Assembly (NCBI GenBank): GCA_964016885.1
Contig: OZ024746.1
Location: 13,702,001 to 13,766,000, forward strand
Length of the DNA: 64,000 bases
Reading direction: 5' to 3'
Origin: Eledone cirrhosa
Lineage: Eukaryota
This document shows, piece by piece, positions 1 to 15,636 of this stretch; the stretch's first letter is position 1, and each line of letters starts with the position of its first letter. The position numbers were made by a program, and so were the translations under genes. The notes beneath the pieces are model-generated. The model was given only the letters and a program-made list of their open reading frames with translations, was not told the origin of the DNA and did not search any database.

Positions 1-574
1 AGTTAAGTAATGTATTTAATAGACATCTAGTCTATTTTGCTATCAGAATGCATATGACTTTTTATAATATATTTCATGTAGTTTATATACGCTGTTTGAG
101 CTTTGATAATATGGTTGATTCTGTTTACTTTAATGCATTCTCACTCTTGGAACAGATTTTGAACACTCTCCAGTGAAAGGGTTTTAGAATAGACATATAA
201 CATTAAAAAAAGCAATTGCTCTGAGTAATATACTGTGGTTTAAGTGCTGTTATGTTGCCTGGCATATTACGTTCAGTAATGAAATTTTGTCAATTCCTAT
301 TTCGTTTGTATCATGTTAACAGTTTCACAGTTGTAGTAACAGCCAGATGTCCTTAACAAATATGCATTGTGAAATCCCACATGCCAGCTTTCACATAGAA
401 TAATGGTGGATTAGAAATCACCTTTGCTAGCTTATATATGGAAAGTAATGTGTTCGGTAGCTAGGGTGTGCATACAATTGATTAAATCAAGAACAGTTTA
501 ATTGAAATCACAGATAAATTAAATGTAGCTTCATCGTTGATTCATTAGACATTGTATCTTCTAAAAGAATGGTG

Positions 575-725
575 TTGTTTGATCCAAGCTAGACGTGATC
601 GAGTAGAATGACGTTCCAGATGTGACGATCCGTTTAGTTATTTAGGCTTGACTCTAGGGCAACCTTAACTAATATTCCAGTAGAGTGTGATTTTGCTGCT
701 ATTTCTAGCAGGCCAAGCGGCAACG
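575..725. mobile_element. Degenerate interspersed repeat (SINE-like family C)
   Basis: Ends in ttttgctgctatttctagcagg; related sequence at ~5020-5195 and, inverted, at ~48755-48910 (cctgctaaaatagcagccaaat). Confidence 0.4.
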
Positions 726-814
726 TATAGCTGTGTGGAGAAAACTTTCCACCGTGGATGAAATTTTTCCTATCATTTAAATTTTATATCGACAAAATAC
801 TTTGTGATATTTTC

Positions 815-915
815 TTCCGGTACTTAGTGTTCTGAGTTCAAATCCTACCGAGGTCAATTTTGCCTTGAATTATTATTCGTGTATAGATAAAAGTAATCCT
901 CCGTCGTGTACTGAT
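815..915 (+). mobile_element. Old fragment of SINE family A
   Basis: ttctgagttcaaatcctaccgaggtcaattttgcctt matches the B-box and core of the intact copies. Confidence 0.55.
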
Positions 916-1380
916 GTAGATTTGCTGAAATATTGATCTAAGCAGCTAACATTGTATAGTAGAGACCGAAATCATCGACAATCGATGGGGCTCTGACAAC
1001 AGATGTAGTGACACATTAGTTGGAATATACTGCCATCACATCAAAACTGCCACCTCTATACACCCGCCTACACATCTAAGCTCACACCCACACCTACACT
1101 TTTACAATTCACTCATGAATAAATGCACTCTTACTGAAACTGAACCCCCATTAAAAAGGATAAAGCAAAAGAAACTGAAAATTTCCCCAAAGCAAGAATG
1201 CCCTTTGTACAGTCACACATTGTGAATAAAGTCTTGATATCACTGATTTCTTTTCATCTAACTTTCAGAATGTAGCGGTATTTAGATTCAGGTAAAAACT
1301 CTCAGCCCGCTAATTTTCCTTTGATCTTTCATATTTCTTAACCACGCAGGTATTCCAATTTCTTGTGTATACATGCATGG

Positions 1381-1605
<225 letters not shown>

Positions 1606-2078
1606 TTTCTGTCTATGTTTCTAGCTATATAGCTATGTGTATGTATATATATAAAAATATATACATACGCACTCAGGCATACACAGCATACATATATTTA
1701 TGTGCATATATTAGAAATTTATTTCTATTTGTGTCTCATGGTATGTATGTATGTTTTCTCTTTCTCTTAATTTCGAGTATATTTTTTTGACCGGCCACCT
1801 TCCTGGTGGCAAGGTTGTAAAAGAAAAGAAATTGTCATCCCTTGAATCGCAAGAATGTTTTGCAAATTTTGAAGGTGCCAGCTATCGCAGCCATTTATAG
1901 ACTATGAATTAGGGAGCTGCGCTTTTTGTCCGCAAATCCAAGTTCAGTCATACTTTGGTCCAAGCGGGTTGGTATATAACCCGTAGCACCAATAATGATG
2001 GGTATGAAGCTAAAGGTGTATCTTGGATACTGGATTTGTAAACTCCTCATCAATGATCCGTAGATGTCCCCCTTCTCC

Positions 2079-2381
2079 TATGTATGTATGTAAGTATGTA
2101 TGTATGTATGTATGTATGTATGTATGTATGTATGTATGTATGTATGTGTGTATGTATGTATTTGTGTATGTATGTACTTGTGTGCGCATGTAGGTATGTA
2201 TGTATGCATGTATGTATGTAGTTGTGTGTGAATATATGTATTTGTGTATGTATGTATGTATTTGTGTGTGTATGTATGTATTTGTGTGTGTATGTATGTA
2301 TTTGTGTGTGTGTGTATGTATGTATGTATGTATGCTCCATGGATGCATGTATGTATATATGTATGTATGTATATATGTGTG

Positions 2382-2425
<44 letters not shown>

Positions 2426-2460
2426 TGTACATTTGTATGTATGTACATATGTATGTATCT
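2079..2460. repeat. Compound (TATG)n/(TG)n/(TA)n microsatellite
   Basis: Direct inspection. Confidence 0.95.
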
Positions 2461-3213
2461 AGGTATATGTCAATCCATCAAGCTAAATACACGTATATTT
2501 ATATAATTATACATGCAGCTGCACATACATGCACATATATTCACTTGTCAAATTCCTTTTATGTCGCCTTCCAAACTTTTCCTTTTCAATTTTTCTCTCA
2601 CAGTCCCAGTACAATTTTTTCTTATCTATCAACTTGTCACTCATCCTTAGCCCCCGACTTTATTCCATAGCTCTCAGCATTGACATAAGCAGTCTTCTTA
2701 TATACTATATACATCAGATATACTATATAGCCATCAACATTTTTTCTTCCTTCTTTCCCATTGATCTTTAGCTTCGTATGTAACTCCTATTGAAAAAAAA
2801 AAAGAAAAAAAAAATTATCTTTTGAAGTAACTCGAACCATCTTGTCTTTCAATGGCGTGCGTTTATTCCTATATACGCATGCGCTTTCAAATCAAACATA
2901 TCCGAGGGCATATACGTATATGAATTAACGGATTAGCTCATGCAACTATTCGTGTTTTAGTTGAGTTGCATGTAAATACACACAGTCAAATAAACATACA
3001 GATATATTAACCCATAATCAAATATAATTATGCCACAAAACGCCATTGCAAATTTTAGCAATGCAATTGTCTATCTTGCCTGCCTCTTTCTCTCCCGCTC
3101 TCTATCTATCTGTCAGTTTGTCTGACTGCCTGTCTATATAAGTACCTATTTGAACATCGATTATCTATTTGCTATACATACAATGCACACAGGTACACGC
3201 ACATGAATACATG

Positions 3214-3329
<116 letters not shown>

Positions 3330-3599
3330 GAAATACTTATGTATTTGTAATTATTAGTTATTTAATAGATTAGAATGAATCAAAGAAAAGGTTATATTTT
3401 TTTAAAAGCAGTTTCCCACTAGATTATAATTTTTAGAAATCATCGGAAAAAAGTTAAGAAAAAATGCATCACAACAAACGGTGGATCAGCTCAAGAGTGC
3501 CAGGTTCAAATATAAGGTTTAGTTTTAATGTTCAGATAGAGAAAATAGAAAGACCTGCAACACGTCATAATGGCTAGTGTACTTTATAGATGAATAAAC

Positions 3600-3922
3600 C
3601 GTGATACTTTATAAAGAAGAGGAATAGGTTGTGATACTTTATAAAGATAATAAATAGGTCGTGATACTTTATAAAGAAGAAGAATAGGCAGCAATACTTT
3701 ATAAAGAAGATGAATAGGCCGTGATACTTTATAAAGAAGATGAATAGGTCGTGATACTTTATAAAGATAATGAATAGGTCGTGATACTTTATAAAGAAGA
3801 GGAATAGGTCGTGATACTTTATAAAGATAATAAATAGGCTGTGATACTTTATAAAGAAGATGAATAGGCAGCAATACTTTATAAAGATGATGTATAGGCA
3901 GCAATAATTTCTAAAGAAGAGG
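3600..3922. repeat. 30-bp minisatellite, ~11 copies
   Basis: Unit gtgatactttataaagaagatgaataggyc recurs every 30 bp. Confidence 0.95.
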
Positions 3923-4579
3923 AGTAAGCCATAATGAGTAACTAGATGGTAATGTCAGTAATTCGGTTTCTGATTGAAGCCAGCTCCCGATACAACACAA
4001 ATGTTCTTAATAAATCTCTTCCTCTAAAAACCAAGAGCCTTATTCCAATTGAAAAGAAACACTGACATGAATAACGTCCGCCATTTGATGACTATCATCT
4101 TAACTTATAGGCTATATGAGAAGTATTGTGGAATACTAGTTAATTTGAAATCACGATTCGGTTTATGGAGGTTCATTTCATTTATGTTACGCCCTAATGC
4201 AAGATCGATAAAATATCTTGTAGACATTTCATTTAACTTACTGCTAATGCTGCCGATAAATGCACACGTGTTTTACATTCTAACCAACCTCCTTTATATA
4301 TGTGTTATCTTGTGTCTGTAAAAAAAAAAAAAATCGACATTGTTGGAATATGATACTACGATGTGCGAATTGAAAGACTTAAACAATGATATGTCTGACA
4401 ATTTTCTAACCACACTTTATACATTATTTGCCAATATTAACCGGTTTTGCCAGACATCTTCAATTTTATTAAAAATAGATTATTAATAACATAGAGAGAT
4501 CAGGCTGAAATGACATTTTGAATAAGTTTTGAAAAGAAGGGTTACATCTATGATCTTGTAGACACTTCAGTACTACTGT

Positions 4580-4820
4580 AACTGATGTTTAGCTGGTGTT
4601 TAGTTTCAACATATGATGGTCGGTGCCTGTAGGGGAAAATGTCGGTGGAGAAAGAAGTTCCAGACAGTTTTGATTCTGGAGAGAAGGAATGGGAGAAGTA
4701 TTTAGAGTTAGATTTGTGAGATGAGATAGAGTAAGGGTACTGTTGTAATAAGAGGCAGATGTGTTGGGTGACAATGTAATAAAAGACAGATGTTTTGGGT
4801 GAATTTAGCAGAGGAGGCAT
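4580..4820 (-). mobile_element. Decayed 3' end of a CR1/L2/Jockey-type LINE ORF2
   Basis: Translation YPYSISSHKSNSKYFSHSFS...TDIFP resembles the typical C-terminal 'YxxSFFPRTxxLWNxLPxxVFP' motif. Confidence 0.4.
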
Positions 4821-5187
4821 GCTTCTATTTTTTTTTTTTTTACAGAAGACAGAAGAGATTGTTGTAGTATTGATAGAAAGAAAGAGATAAACTGTACATG
4901 ATTCAATATTTTTCCAAAAGTCGAATGGCGTTATTTAGGATGTAGCCTAGAGTGTTACACGTTGGAAACACGAATCTGTAATTGTGATATGTGATACGGT
5001 GTTGATATTGTTAGAATTGTTTTTGTTTAATCTCAAGTCAGTTCCGATTAAATAGAACTATACTCAAAGAGTTTCCAGCCGTGACCATTTCTGCTTATAA
5101 TCTGACAGTATATTTAGTATTATATTATCTAATGTGTCTTTAAGACAGTTGGGTGTGATTTGAGGTAAAGTTAACTAATATTTCTAG

Positions 5188-5230
5188 CATGATGAGAGAT
5201 CACATAGATTCTATGTGATCTCTCATCATG
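5188..5230. repeat. Perfect 43-bp palindrome (21-bp arms)
   Basis: catgatgagagatcacataga-t-tctatgtgatctctcatcatg. Confidence 0.95.
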
Positions 5231-5399
5231 TCATAGAACATCCCCCGTTAGGCCATTATTTCTGTTGCGTTTGAAGTTCTCTTTATTCTTATTAGTCTAG
5301 CCATTTTAGTTATGTAATTATGGTTGCATTTATCACATTATCATATGTAATAGGGATTTCGATGTTTCTACAATTATTTTGTTGAATGTTCAGTATTTA

Positions 5400-5620
5400 T
5401 ATTGATAATTGTAGTTTTTGGGTGAATTAGAATATTGTGACATTGTGTATCTTGTGTCATCAGTTTCAATTAGGTACCAAAATGTGTTGTTTGTATTGAG
5501 GTCTTCCAAAATGATGCTTTTATTTTTTTTTGAGTGTGTTAAGGTGTTCAGACGGTCGTTGAGATTGCTGATGTCTGTATGTATACATGCGTTTCATGTG
5601 AACGTAGCATTTCTCGTGAG
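5400..5620 (-). mobile_element. Possible decayed LINE APE endonuclease fragment
   Basis: Minus-strand SIILEDLNTNNTFW resembles the APE motif IILGDFNAHHxxW. Confidence 0.35.
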
Positions 5621-6508
5621 ACGTTTCGCACTATTAGTATTCAAGCGTCGTGAGTGCCATTTATTTATTGGAAAATGATTTTATGTATGATACAAGGCGT
5701 CTACTGGGCAGTTAGAGAACGAGGTATGATGTACATGGCCTTAACATACTTTACCTGCCTAATGATATCACTGCAGTTGATCAGTTGATATCCTAGTATT
5801 ACTTTACTATGTAATTATGGATTCAAGTAATTTTGTGTTGGGGCTGCAGCATTATTGCAGTATTATTTGCTATATGGGATGAAGTTCTTTTATAGTTCCA
5901 TAATGGAGTGTTTCAGCCGTCGGTGTTGTATCACTGTTTAATTATTTCCTATGTTCCTGTGTAATCTATAATGTACACATGACTGTCAGCAATATGTAGC
6001 CATTTATACAATTGGGGATATAAATGAGTTCTGGATTAATGTATCTCTCATCTGCCCCACGCCATGAACCTGAAAATAAGCACCAAATCTCGAGTGTCCA
6101 TCGAAGTTTAATAACAAATTTACTAGAATAAATATACCCCAACAGAATATATTCGATTATATTCCGTTCACCTTACAACAAACATAAAAACGATAAAATA
6201 AATAATAAAATTTCTTCCATTTGTTGCCAAAAGCGAAATTATTATTTGTACGTCGAGATAAATAGATGCTAGCAAAAGTACTATGATGAATTACATTAAA
6301 GTAGGCTACGACTACATTAATGAATATTTCTGATTGAATTTCTCCTTGGTTGGGTTTATGTCAACTAACAGAGATTTATGCTGAGATTTACGCGAGATAA
6401 TGTAATTTTTATACTAATGATGTTATTTTAATGTGACGTATCAACAAGAAAATAAAAAAAAATACTTTGAAGTGCTAAATTTCGAACAATAGAAATTGGC
6501 AAATTCTG

Positions 6509-6645
<137 letters not shown>

Positions 6646-7231
6646 CTTTGCATAAAGAATCACAATTTTCGTATGTATATATATATATTATTTTGATTTA
6701 TGTTTAGAAAGATAATAAATGGGATCCATTAAAAATTAAATCACCTGAAGCGAAATGTATTTGCGGCGATTAAAAGAAAAAAAGTATTTTAACAATATTT
6801 ACGGGACTGTTCCAATTTATGTTTCCCAATTTTAAAGAAAAATGTCCTATCGCCATGTTTCCTGCCAGTAGCCCAACAAAAGGGAAGATCATAATAATCA
6901 TGAAAATTATTATTACTTGCAATTACAAGGAATAAATCTGAAAATTCTTCGATGAAAGGTTTTAGAACTGGAAAGTATTATAAATTTATGAATTATTATA
7001 TATTGATATTTTCGGATTAGTATTTTGAATTTTGGTTGTTATAGTCACGGCGTTTTGACTGTTTTTCCGTTTGGCCTGTCGTATTCAGTAACGATCTTGG
7101 GATTTCAAGCCCAGCCCTTTATTTTATCCAAAGGGACAGATTGTTTCCCTTCTGTTGTGTCCTCATCAGCCAGAGATATTATCGTATTACTTATTCATAC
7201 TTGTGATTCCAGTTGCTCATTCCATTTAAAC

Positions 7232-7352
7232 CAGGTGGCAAATTGGTAGAGTCATTAAACGTCAGATAGAATGCTTTGCAGTATCCATTTCAGCTCTCTG
7301 TTCTATGAGTTCAAATTCCGCAGATGTCAACTTTGCATTCCATACATTTGAG
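7232..7352 (+). mobile_element. Old SINE family A-related copy
   Basis: tggtagagtc A-box-like start, then gagttcaaattccgcagatgtcaactttgc. Confidence 0.55.
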
Positions 7353-7454
7353 GAATTCAAGCGTCTTCACATAGATTGTTGTAATCAAGGAATTATTAGA
7401 TGAAATACTGTTTACTATCTACCTTGATCTTTTGATGGGTACTATGCTAGTATA

Positions 7455-7676
<222 letters not shown>

Positions 7677-8844
7677 TTATGACACCAAAGGAATACACCA
7701 AGGAAAGAGTAGAAACAAAATAAATATTATATGATCAGAGTGAGACACTCATAAAGTGAAACTATTGATTAAAAACAAATTAAACTTGGTGTATAAAAGT
7801 CGATACCAAGTAAATTCCCGGAGTAAATTTAATAAACTGGTCTCCACTGGAAATCGAAACCACTCACGGACTCGGTTATATCTTCGATCAACGGCAATCA
7901 TGTCATGTAATTAGATTAGTATATCACTTTGAAACACACATAACTAATCCCACTCGAAAAATATATCGTGTGACACTGGGTTTTTAGTTTGTCATGTTAA
8001 AGTTTAACAAATTTCAACTACTTAGTATGAGATTGTATTATGGTTTAGTAAAGGAAAACTCTTCAGATAGTGTGGCCTTCAGAATAGAATCAATAGAATC
8101 CCCCCAAAAAGAAGAAAAATTATAGAGAACATCGAGAAATACAAAAAATATACGAAACTGTAGATGGAAAACTGGGAAAAACTGAGAAAATATCAATGGA
8201 AAACATGAACATCTTTAAATAGAAAACATGCCCTATACCTTATTGAATAATCCGGATTATCCTAGAGACGTTGTTTAGATGTATCAAGGAAGTTCTGTAA
8301 ATAAAACCAGCGTAGAGGACGAAAAAATAAATCGAACGAAATAAGCTTAGAAAGATTGATGGGAATAAAAGTGATACGGCTAAAGAAAGGTAGAAAACCA
8401 AAAAAAAAAAAAAGTAAACTAGTTCGGGTAGAAGCAAGATTGGGAAATAGAAACTTTCTTGGGAAAATATTATTGAGATTATATAGAATGTAGGTCAGTT
8501 TGAAATAGTTCCATTAATACTGGATATAGTACTTAAGGATATGTTAAAGAAAGAATTTTAAAGAAATAAAAGACTAATGTAAAACTGTCCAGTGGTATTT
8601 AAAGATTATAGAATATATTCTAAAATGATAATATAACATACACAGATGTATAGTTCGTAAGTTTGAGGATAGAAAATACGTCCAAACCTACTTGAATATG
8701 ATCAGACTTTACTTATTGTCCGTACAATTGTATTTCAACTTAAGAAGAGAAGTGACATTGAAATTTTAATGTTAAAACTGAACATGGACAAGGTTAACCA
8801 CATTGAAATGGATTAAAATAATTTTTGGTCTAACTACAGTTAAC

Positions 8845-9620
8845 TCCTTGTTAAACCTCCCCGGTAAAGTCTATGCTAAGTGTCTGGAAAGGAGATGTAG
8901 GGAGATTGTCAAGTCCAAACTAACCGATGAACAGTGTGGTTTTCGCCCCGGACGCAGCACAACCGACCAGATATTCACACTGCGGTAGGTCTTTGAGAAA
9001 TTGCGGGAGTAAGACCAAGAGGTGTATTCTTGCTTTATAGACCCCGAAAAAGCATATGATCGCGTTCCACAGAACCTGCTGTGGAAGTTCCTGCAGGAGT
9101 ATGAGATCGATGGACAGCTTTTTATTGCCTGATGTCTCTATACAAATGCCTGAATATTTGTGTTCGGATAAATGGTGCTAAGTCGAAACAATTCAATATG
9201 GGAGTCAGACTCTGCCAAGAGTGCATACTGTCACCTTTCCTCTTCATAATCTTCATGAACAGGATTGACCTGCGCAGCCGTGTTGGAAGTGATATCAGGA
9301 CTGGTGGGTGTAGGATCAGTCGGCTGGAATTTGTAGACGATATGGTGTTACTTAACTCGTTAGAAGATGATCTCCCACATAAACTCGATAGGTTTGATGC
9401 CGACTGCTGCGCGACTGGAATGAGAATCAGTGTTGTGAAGACTGAGACATTCGTCTTCACAAGGAAACCTGTGCACTCTACATGTAAATAGAGTTCAACT
9501 GAAGCAGGTGGAGATGTTCAAGTATCTCGGGGAAGGCAGGAGGCTGAATTAAGTGTAAAAATTGCAGGAGCTGGTGCAATAATGCGCCAGTTTCAGCATT
9601 CAGTAATAAGAAAGAAGAAG
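8845..9620 (+). mobile_element. RTE-clade LINE reverse transcriptase relic (stops and frameshift)
   Basis: SLLNLPGKVYAKCLERR...EQCGFRPGRSTTDQIFTLR, CFIDPEKAYDRVP, GVRLCQECILSPFLFIIFM, LEFVDDMVLL (degenerate FADD), FKYLG. Confidence 0.9.
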
Positions 9621-9778
9621 AAGAAATCCCTCCAGAAGACACGATGTCCATGTTTAGAACAGCGACTGAAAGCAGACGGTCGATTCAAGTGAATACACTT
9701 GAAAACTGATATTTTCACCTCTGAGGTGTTAGATGTATTGTTTGTTTATAGAGATTAGATTGGCTTTTTGTGTTTGAA

Positions 9779-9948
9779 AGGCCAGAAAATACCCCAGTGT
9801 ATTACTGGTACTTTATTTTATCGACTCCCGTTAGGATGAAAGGCAAAGTTAACCTCGACGGGATTTGAACTCAGAATGGCAAGGGCCGTAACTCTATGCG
9901 TCAAAGCATGGCGTCCAACCCTCGACCAATACTGCCAATTCACCGCCC
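9779..9948 (-). mobile_element. SINE family A (tRNA-derived head)
   Basis: Reverse complement starts gggcggtgaattggcagtattggt, has B-box gagttcaaatccc and core ctttgcctttcatcct...gtcgataaaataaagtaccag. Confidence 0.85.
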
Positions 9949-9949
9949 T

Positions 9950-9980
<31 letters not shown>

Positions 9981-10802
9981 GATAATATTGTTTGATGGTA
10001 CACAAAAAAAGCAATGTAGCCAACGCCTAAGGTTTTGTCCCCGTTAGAAGTAATGAAATTTAAATGAATGATTAATGAATATTTAAGATGGCATTGTTAC
10101 AAACTGTTAATTTTCTCTATTCTTTTAGCACATCTGGTTTTGTTAACGAGCCTCTTTTGTTATTTAAAGGCTTACATTATGAAATCGGTCCATAAACCAC
10201 AAACGGCATAACTATAAAAACCATTAAATTACAAATTACACCATATCCTAATCATTTAACTAGAATTCACCTTTCGAGCACTTTTATTAAACTATAAACA
10301 ACTTTATACTCCTGTAATTAATCTGTTAATAGAAAGAAGATTTACAGTCCACTATTAGAGAACCATTTTCCATTGTAGCTGCCATTTAATACACTGAAAA
10401 CCATCTTATAACTCTTCATTAAAACTACGAAACACATTAACTCTGAAGTAGAAATGGAAGGTTAAGAAAAGACCAAGAAAGAATTTCCTCAAAGAAAATC
10501 AATGCAGGTTGTAGTGAGCAGTCGAGGAAATGCTAACAAGTCCCTTGAATAAAGTAGATTGAATTTCATGGATAGGCAACGAATTTTTACATTAGACTTT
10601 CATTGAATCTATGTAATATTTATAATAATTACAATCCCCATGGTAACAGTTCAGTTCATAAGCAGAAAGACGGCGAAAAAGGTAGAGATTGAAATAGAGA
10701 AGTAGGTACGTATAAAGATGACGAATTGAATGAGAAAATTAGAAACGATAGAGTTATTGTGAAAAGGAAAGAAAAGGAAGGCAGATATATATAGATTAGA
10801 TC

Positions 10803-11061
10803 ATGATATAGAGTTGATAATACAATGATATATAGGTAATTATATAGAGAGAGTGAAACCAAGGCAGATGTATGTATAAGTGAGTGTGTAAGAGAGGGAA
10901 AGAGAGAAAGAGTGACTGTGAAAAGGGTGACAGATATATATTAGATAATGATATATAGAGAGTTGATAATACAATGATATATAGGTAATTATATAGAGAG
11001 AGTGAAAAACAAGGCAGATATATGTATAAGTGAGTGTGTAAGAGAGGGAAAGAGAGAAAGA
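10803..11061. repeat. Local tandem duplication of ~110 bp
   Basis: 10803-10911 is repeated at 10948-11061. Confidence 0.85.
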
Positions 11062-11870
11062 TCGTGAGAAGATATTTGTGTTTATAGTTGAATGGTTCAG
11101 CCGGAAATTAAATGTTGATATTCAACAGAGAATCCTCTTTCATTGGGGACAAACTATTTCCAAAGAGATGTTGATATGTGATAAAGAATATTTGTCTAAA
11201 TTTCAACAATATTTCGAAGGCCATATAGCACAAGGTTTTTTTTTTTTTTAAAATATTATTATTAATCAGTTAGAATTTTGATATTTTTGAATTCGAAATT
11301 TCTTAGCAATTTTCTTTTTGTGAAACGTATGTCACAGCAGGAAGTTTCTAGCAAAACAGGTGTGCCATCCTATTTCTAACCTTATTAAAATCTTTTCACA
11401 TAATTCTATAAACATTTTAAGGGAACCATGAGCTTTATAATTTTTGTCTGAAATTTCTTTTAAGAAGCACACACACACACAGACAGACACAAAGACACAC
11501 ACACACCACCTTTCTCGCTCCAATACTTAGTATACAGATGTTTACATATTAAAGAAGGCAACACACCAACCAATACGAAGCGTGTAGTGTATATTACATG
11601 CGTGTACATATGTAGAAAATATAATTAAATTCACTTCATGATGCCATGAAGATATTCGGGTGGAGTTTTGTATGCGTTAATCGTAACTTCAATGACTTTT
11701 TTTTGCAGAACTTCCAAAATTGATGCTTATGAAAGCGAGACAAAAACCATGATGTAGATGTTACTGAAGTAGGAAGCAATGCACAAGATATCATGCTACT
11801 CTCAGACCGGAAATATAGTTAGAACGTTTGCAGCAGAGTTGACTCTTCTAAAGGTATCTAAGGGATATAT

Positions 11871-12056
11871 AATTATTTCTACTTTTTGGCACAAGGCCAG
11901 CAATTACCCAGTGCATTACTGGTACTTTATTTTATCGACCTCGTAAGGATGAAAGGCAAATTTAACTTCGGCAGGATTTGAACTCAGACCATAAAGAGCC
12001 GTAACTCTTTGCTGCAAAGCATGACGTCCGACCCTCTACCCATACTGCCAATCCAC
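11871..12056 (-). mobile_element. SINE family A
   Basis: Near-full copy including the tail ggccttgtgccaaaaagtagaaataatt. Confidence 0.88.
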
Positions 12057-12902
12057 AATGGTGTTCAACCGGGCGACGGATTATATCTACTACTCAAAAC
12101 GAGGTACTATCCCTCCGACACTTTCCGCATAGTATATCTAAGTTAGCAGGGTCCTTCACTAGAAATGGAAATAAAGATATTAGGCAGGTAATAGGATGTC
12201 TAACATCAGCCTGACATTGTGGTCTGTCTGTAACTGAGTAGTATTTTTGTGGGCAGGGGTGTCGCTCAGTAATAATTTTCGTTTATTTTGATTGGAGTTT
12301 ATCAGCACTAATATTTTCTTCAGGATGTATGTAGGGTTGTACAAAATATGGATTTTTCTTGCTAAAGAGAAATTGCATCTTTTCTCTACTAGTTTCATCA
12401 AATATTCCTCTTATTCTTGCCCTGTGGCAATAGGTGTTCAATCTCTTCTACACAAATATCTCAAATTTTGGTATAATTTAGCAAACCGAAATAAACTGTG
12501 TTTCATAAAATTTCATTTGCTAACACATTGTTAAGTTATAATGAAGTTTAAATCAGCTCAAGGTCGACTAGGTCTTTCATCCTTCTGGTAAAAAAGGGTC
12601 AATAGAATAAGTATTAATCAAATACATCAATGATATATCTTCTCCGAAATCGGTAGTTTTGTGCACAAATTGGTTATCACAGCCACAATATCGGTTGGTC
12701 TTGCTTGAGGATAAAGTCGGATCGTAAAGAGACGGTTGCTTCCGCTAGGATGCCTTGGAAGGTGTGTCTGTGAACTCTATCTTCACCACCTTTTCAGGAA
12801 TAATTGGGCAAATAACAAGAACTGTCCAGATTATCTTTGAAAAATATACCTGTTAAATGAATATATTTTGAAGGCACACATACACGCTGAATACACACGA
12901 AA

Positions 12903-13093
<191 letters not shown>

Positions 13094-14418
13094 CATGGAC
13101 CTTAGTCAATTTAGTATAGTGAATTATATTTATATGTTTAAAATGCGTAGTCTTGCTGTGGAATGATCCCCAGAGGGATATATATATCAACCTATCTCTG
13201 CAGGGGTATAACATTTATTGTAGTTTTGAACATTTAAAAAATCTTTTATCTGTTCATGGCTGAACAGAAAAGGCCTTTAACTGACATGAAGAGATTCTAA
13301 TATACATATCCCTGAGAGTTACACAACCATTAAAAAGTTACGAGTTTACCAATATTGTATAGAAATAAATAGACATATTTTCTATATTATTATAAAGTAT
13401 TTCTTTTCAGCATAATATTTTGCTACGTAAATTAGTTCAACGATGGTTATATATATGGATAGAAACCGCTAATTTCGCCTACAAAGGTATAAATAATTCT
13501 GTTAAAAGTTTGCTGAATATATTTTTATTTTCGAAAACGGATGTCTTTTGTTCTTTGCTCAAGTGTATAATAATATATGATTTGCTGTATTCGTATTGAA
13601 TAAATGTTTTTGTAGGAATATCCTTTATGTTTTCAGTAATTAGATGCTTGCAGAAGTCTTTCAGCCACAGCAATTATTCTACCCAGATAGCTCACTATGT
13701 TATGTCCGTATGGACATCAAGCCTCATATGAAGATAGTTCTTTATGGGCAGTTTTAGAAACTTCTGATGTGGCACAATCAATATTTTTTATTGCAACGTG
13801 ATGGGTTGGAAGTATAATTGTCTCCTTTATTTATAAGTTATTTGGTAGTTATTTTCTTCTGGATAGAGAAGATATATCCTACTAAGCCGGATTCAATATG
13901 TCTTATGAAGTTACAGGCGAAATATATGATACAGCTGATGCTCTGGGGTGAAATCCAATATATTTATGTTTGAAACGTTTCCTCTATTTTAGGTATGATG
14001 TATTTTTTTAATTTTAAAGTACATATTTCCTTGTGCTGCCTGGTTCATTTTTATCTGTAATAGAATGCCACGCTAAAAGTTTTCATTGTTCTAGATACAC
14101 GATTTCAATGCTTTTATGCAGGTTGTCAATAGTAACGATTTTCTTGACTTCATTCTCAAGGTGTAGATATTCACAAGTGTGTGGCAAGGTAAGCTATATT
14201 TTGACATCGGTAGTAACACTTCAGAAAGTATTATAAAATAACAACTTTGAATTACACAGATTTTAGAAATAAACTCGGATCATACAAGTCATATTTGCAA
14301 GACCAACACATGCACAGTTATTATTAAATGTGCTTTAATATTATAAGATAACTAGAGTGCAGCGTGAGCTCACCCGTCGGGCACTAACTATCTAGAATAT
14401 ATATATATATATATAAAT

Positions 14419-14609
14419 AACGAAGGAAATGTGGTAAGGAACCAGGTGGACCATAACGCACCAAAGTACTCAATACTTGAGGTAGTAGAGTGGGTAATAG
14501 GAACCAGTAGGACCCCGACAGCTGAGCTCAAGCCGTTTCGACGGCTAATTCTGGACTCAGAATTAGCCGTCGAAACGGCTTGAGCTCAGCTGTCGGGGTC
14601 CTACTGGTT

Positions 14610-14614
<5 letters not shown>
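14419..14614. mobile_element. TA-embedded fold-back element (family F), probable Penelope-like pseudo-LTR remnant
   Basis: ~80-bp body plus a perfect hairpin 14497-14614 (57-bp arms, GACT loop); (TA)n on both sides; 7 further copies in the window. The PLE label is inference. Confidence 0.75.
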
Positions 14615-14679
<65 letters not shown>

Positions 14680-14765
14680 CGAAACATAAGTCAATTGCAT
14701 GAACTCATAATCCTTTATTTACTGCTATATATATTTCGATGATAGCCATTGAATGGCTATGACCT

Positions 14766-15371
<606 letters not shown>

Positions 15372-15389
15372 CGGTTTCGATGATGTGTG

Positions 15390-15636
15390 TTCCACAAACG
15401 AAACAACCTGCTCGTGAATTTAACCTGCAAGTGGCTGAGCATTATACAGACACGAGGGAATTCTTCGTGACAATTTGTGAACGGGATGATCGTTTGAACT
15501 ACATAAAGATTTTCTCCACCTGAGTGGACTGAAACAACGGTAAATCAAGTGACTTGCTTAAGGACAGAACGTATCGCCGAGAACTCACCTCACGATCGTG
15601 AGCCAAACACACCAACCACTAAGCCACGTGTCTTCA
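15390..15636 (-). mobile_element. SINE family B (CORE-like), degenerate
   Basis: Reverse complement starts tgaagacacgtggcttagtggtt (A box) and contains tgtccttaagcaagtcactt. Confidence 0.7.

Noticed and set aside
1269-1291. 23-nt microexon (ttcag...gtaaaa)
   Set aside because: Splice-like flanks alone are not sufficient evidence without transcript data
11709-11853. Exon-like segment between ttttgcag and gtatct
   Set aside because: All three frames contain stops and there is no recognisable homology
12180-12530. Tigger/pogo or piggyBac transposase relic
   Set aside because: The faint motif resemblances point to different superfamilies in different frames, so it cannot be supported by eye
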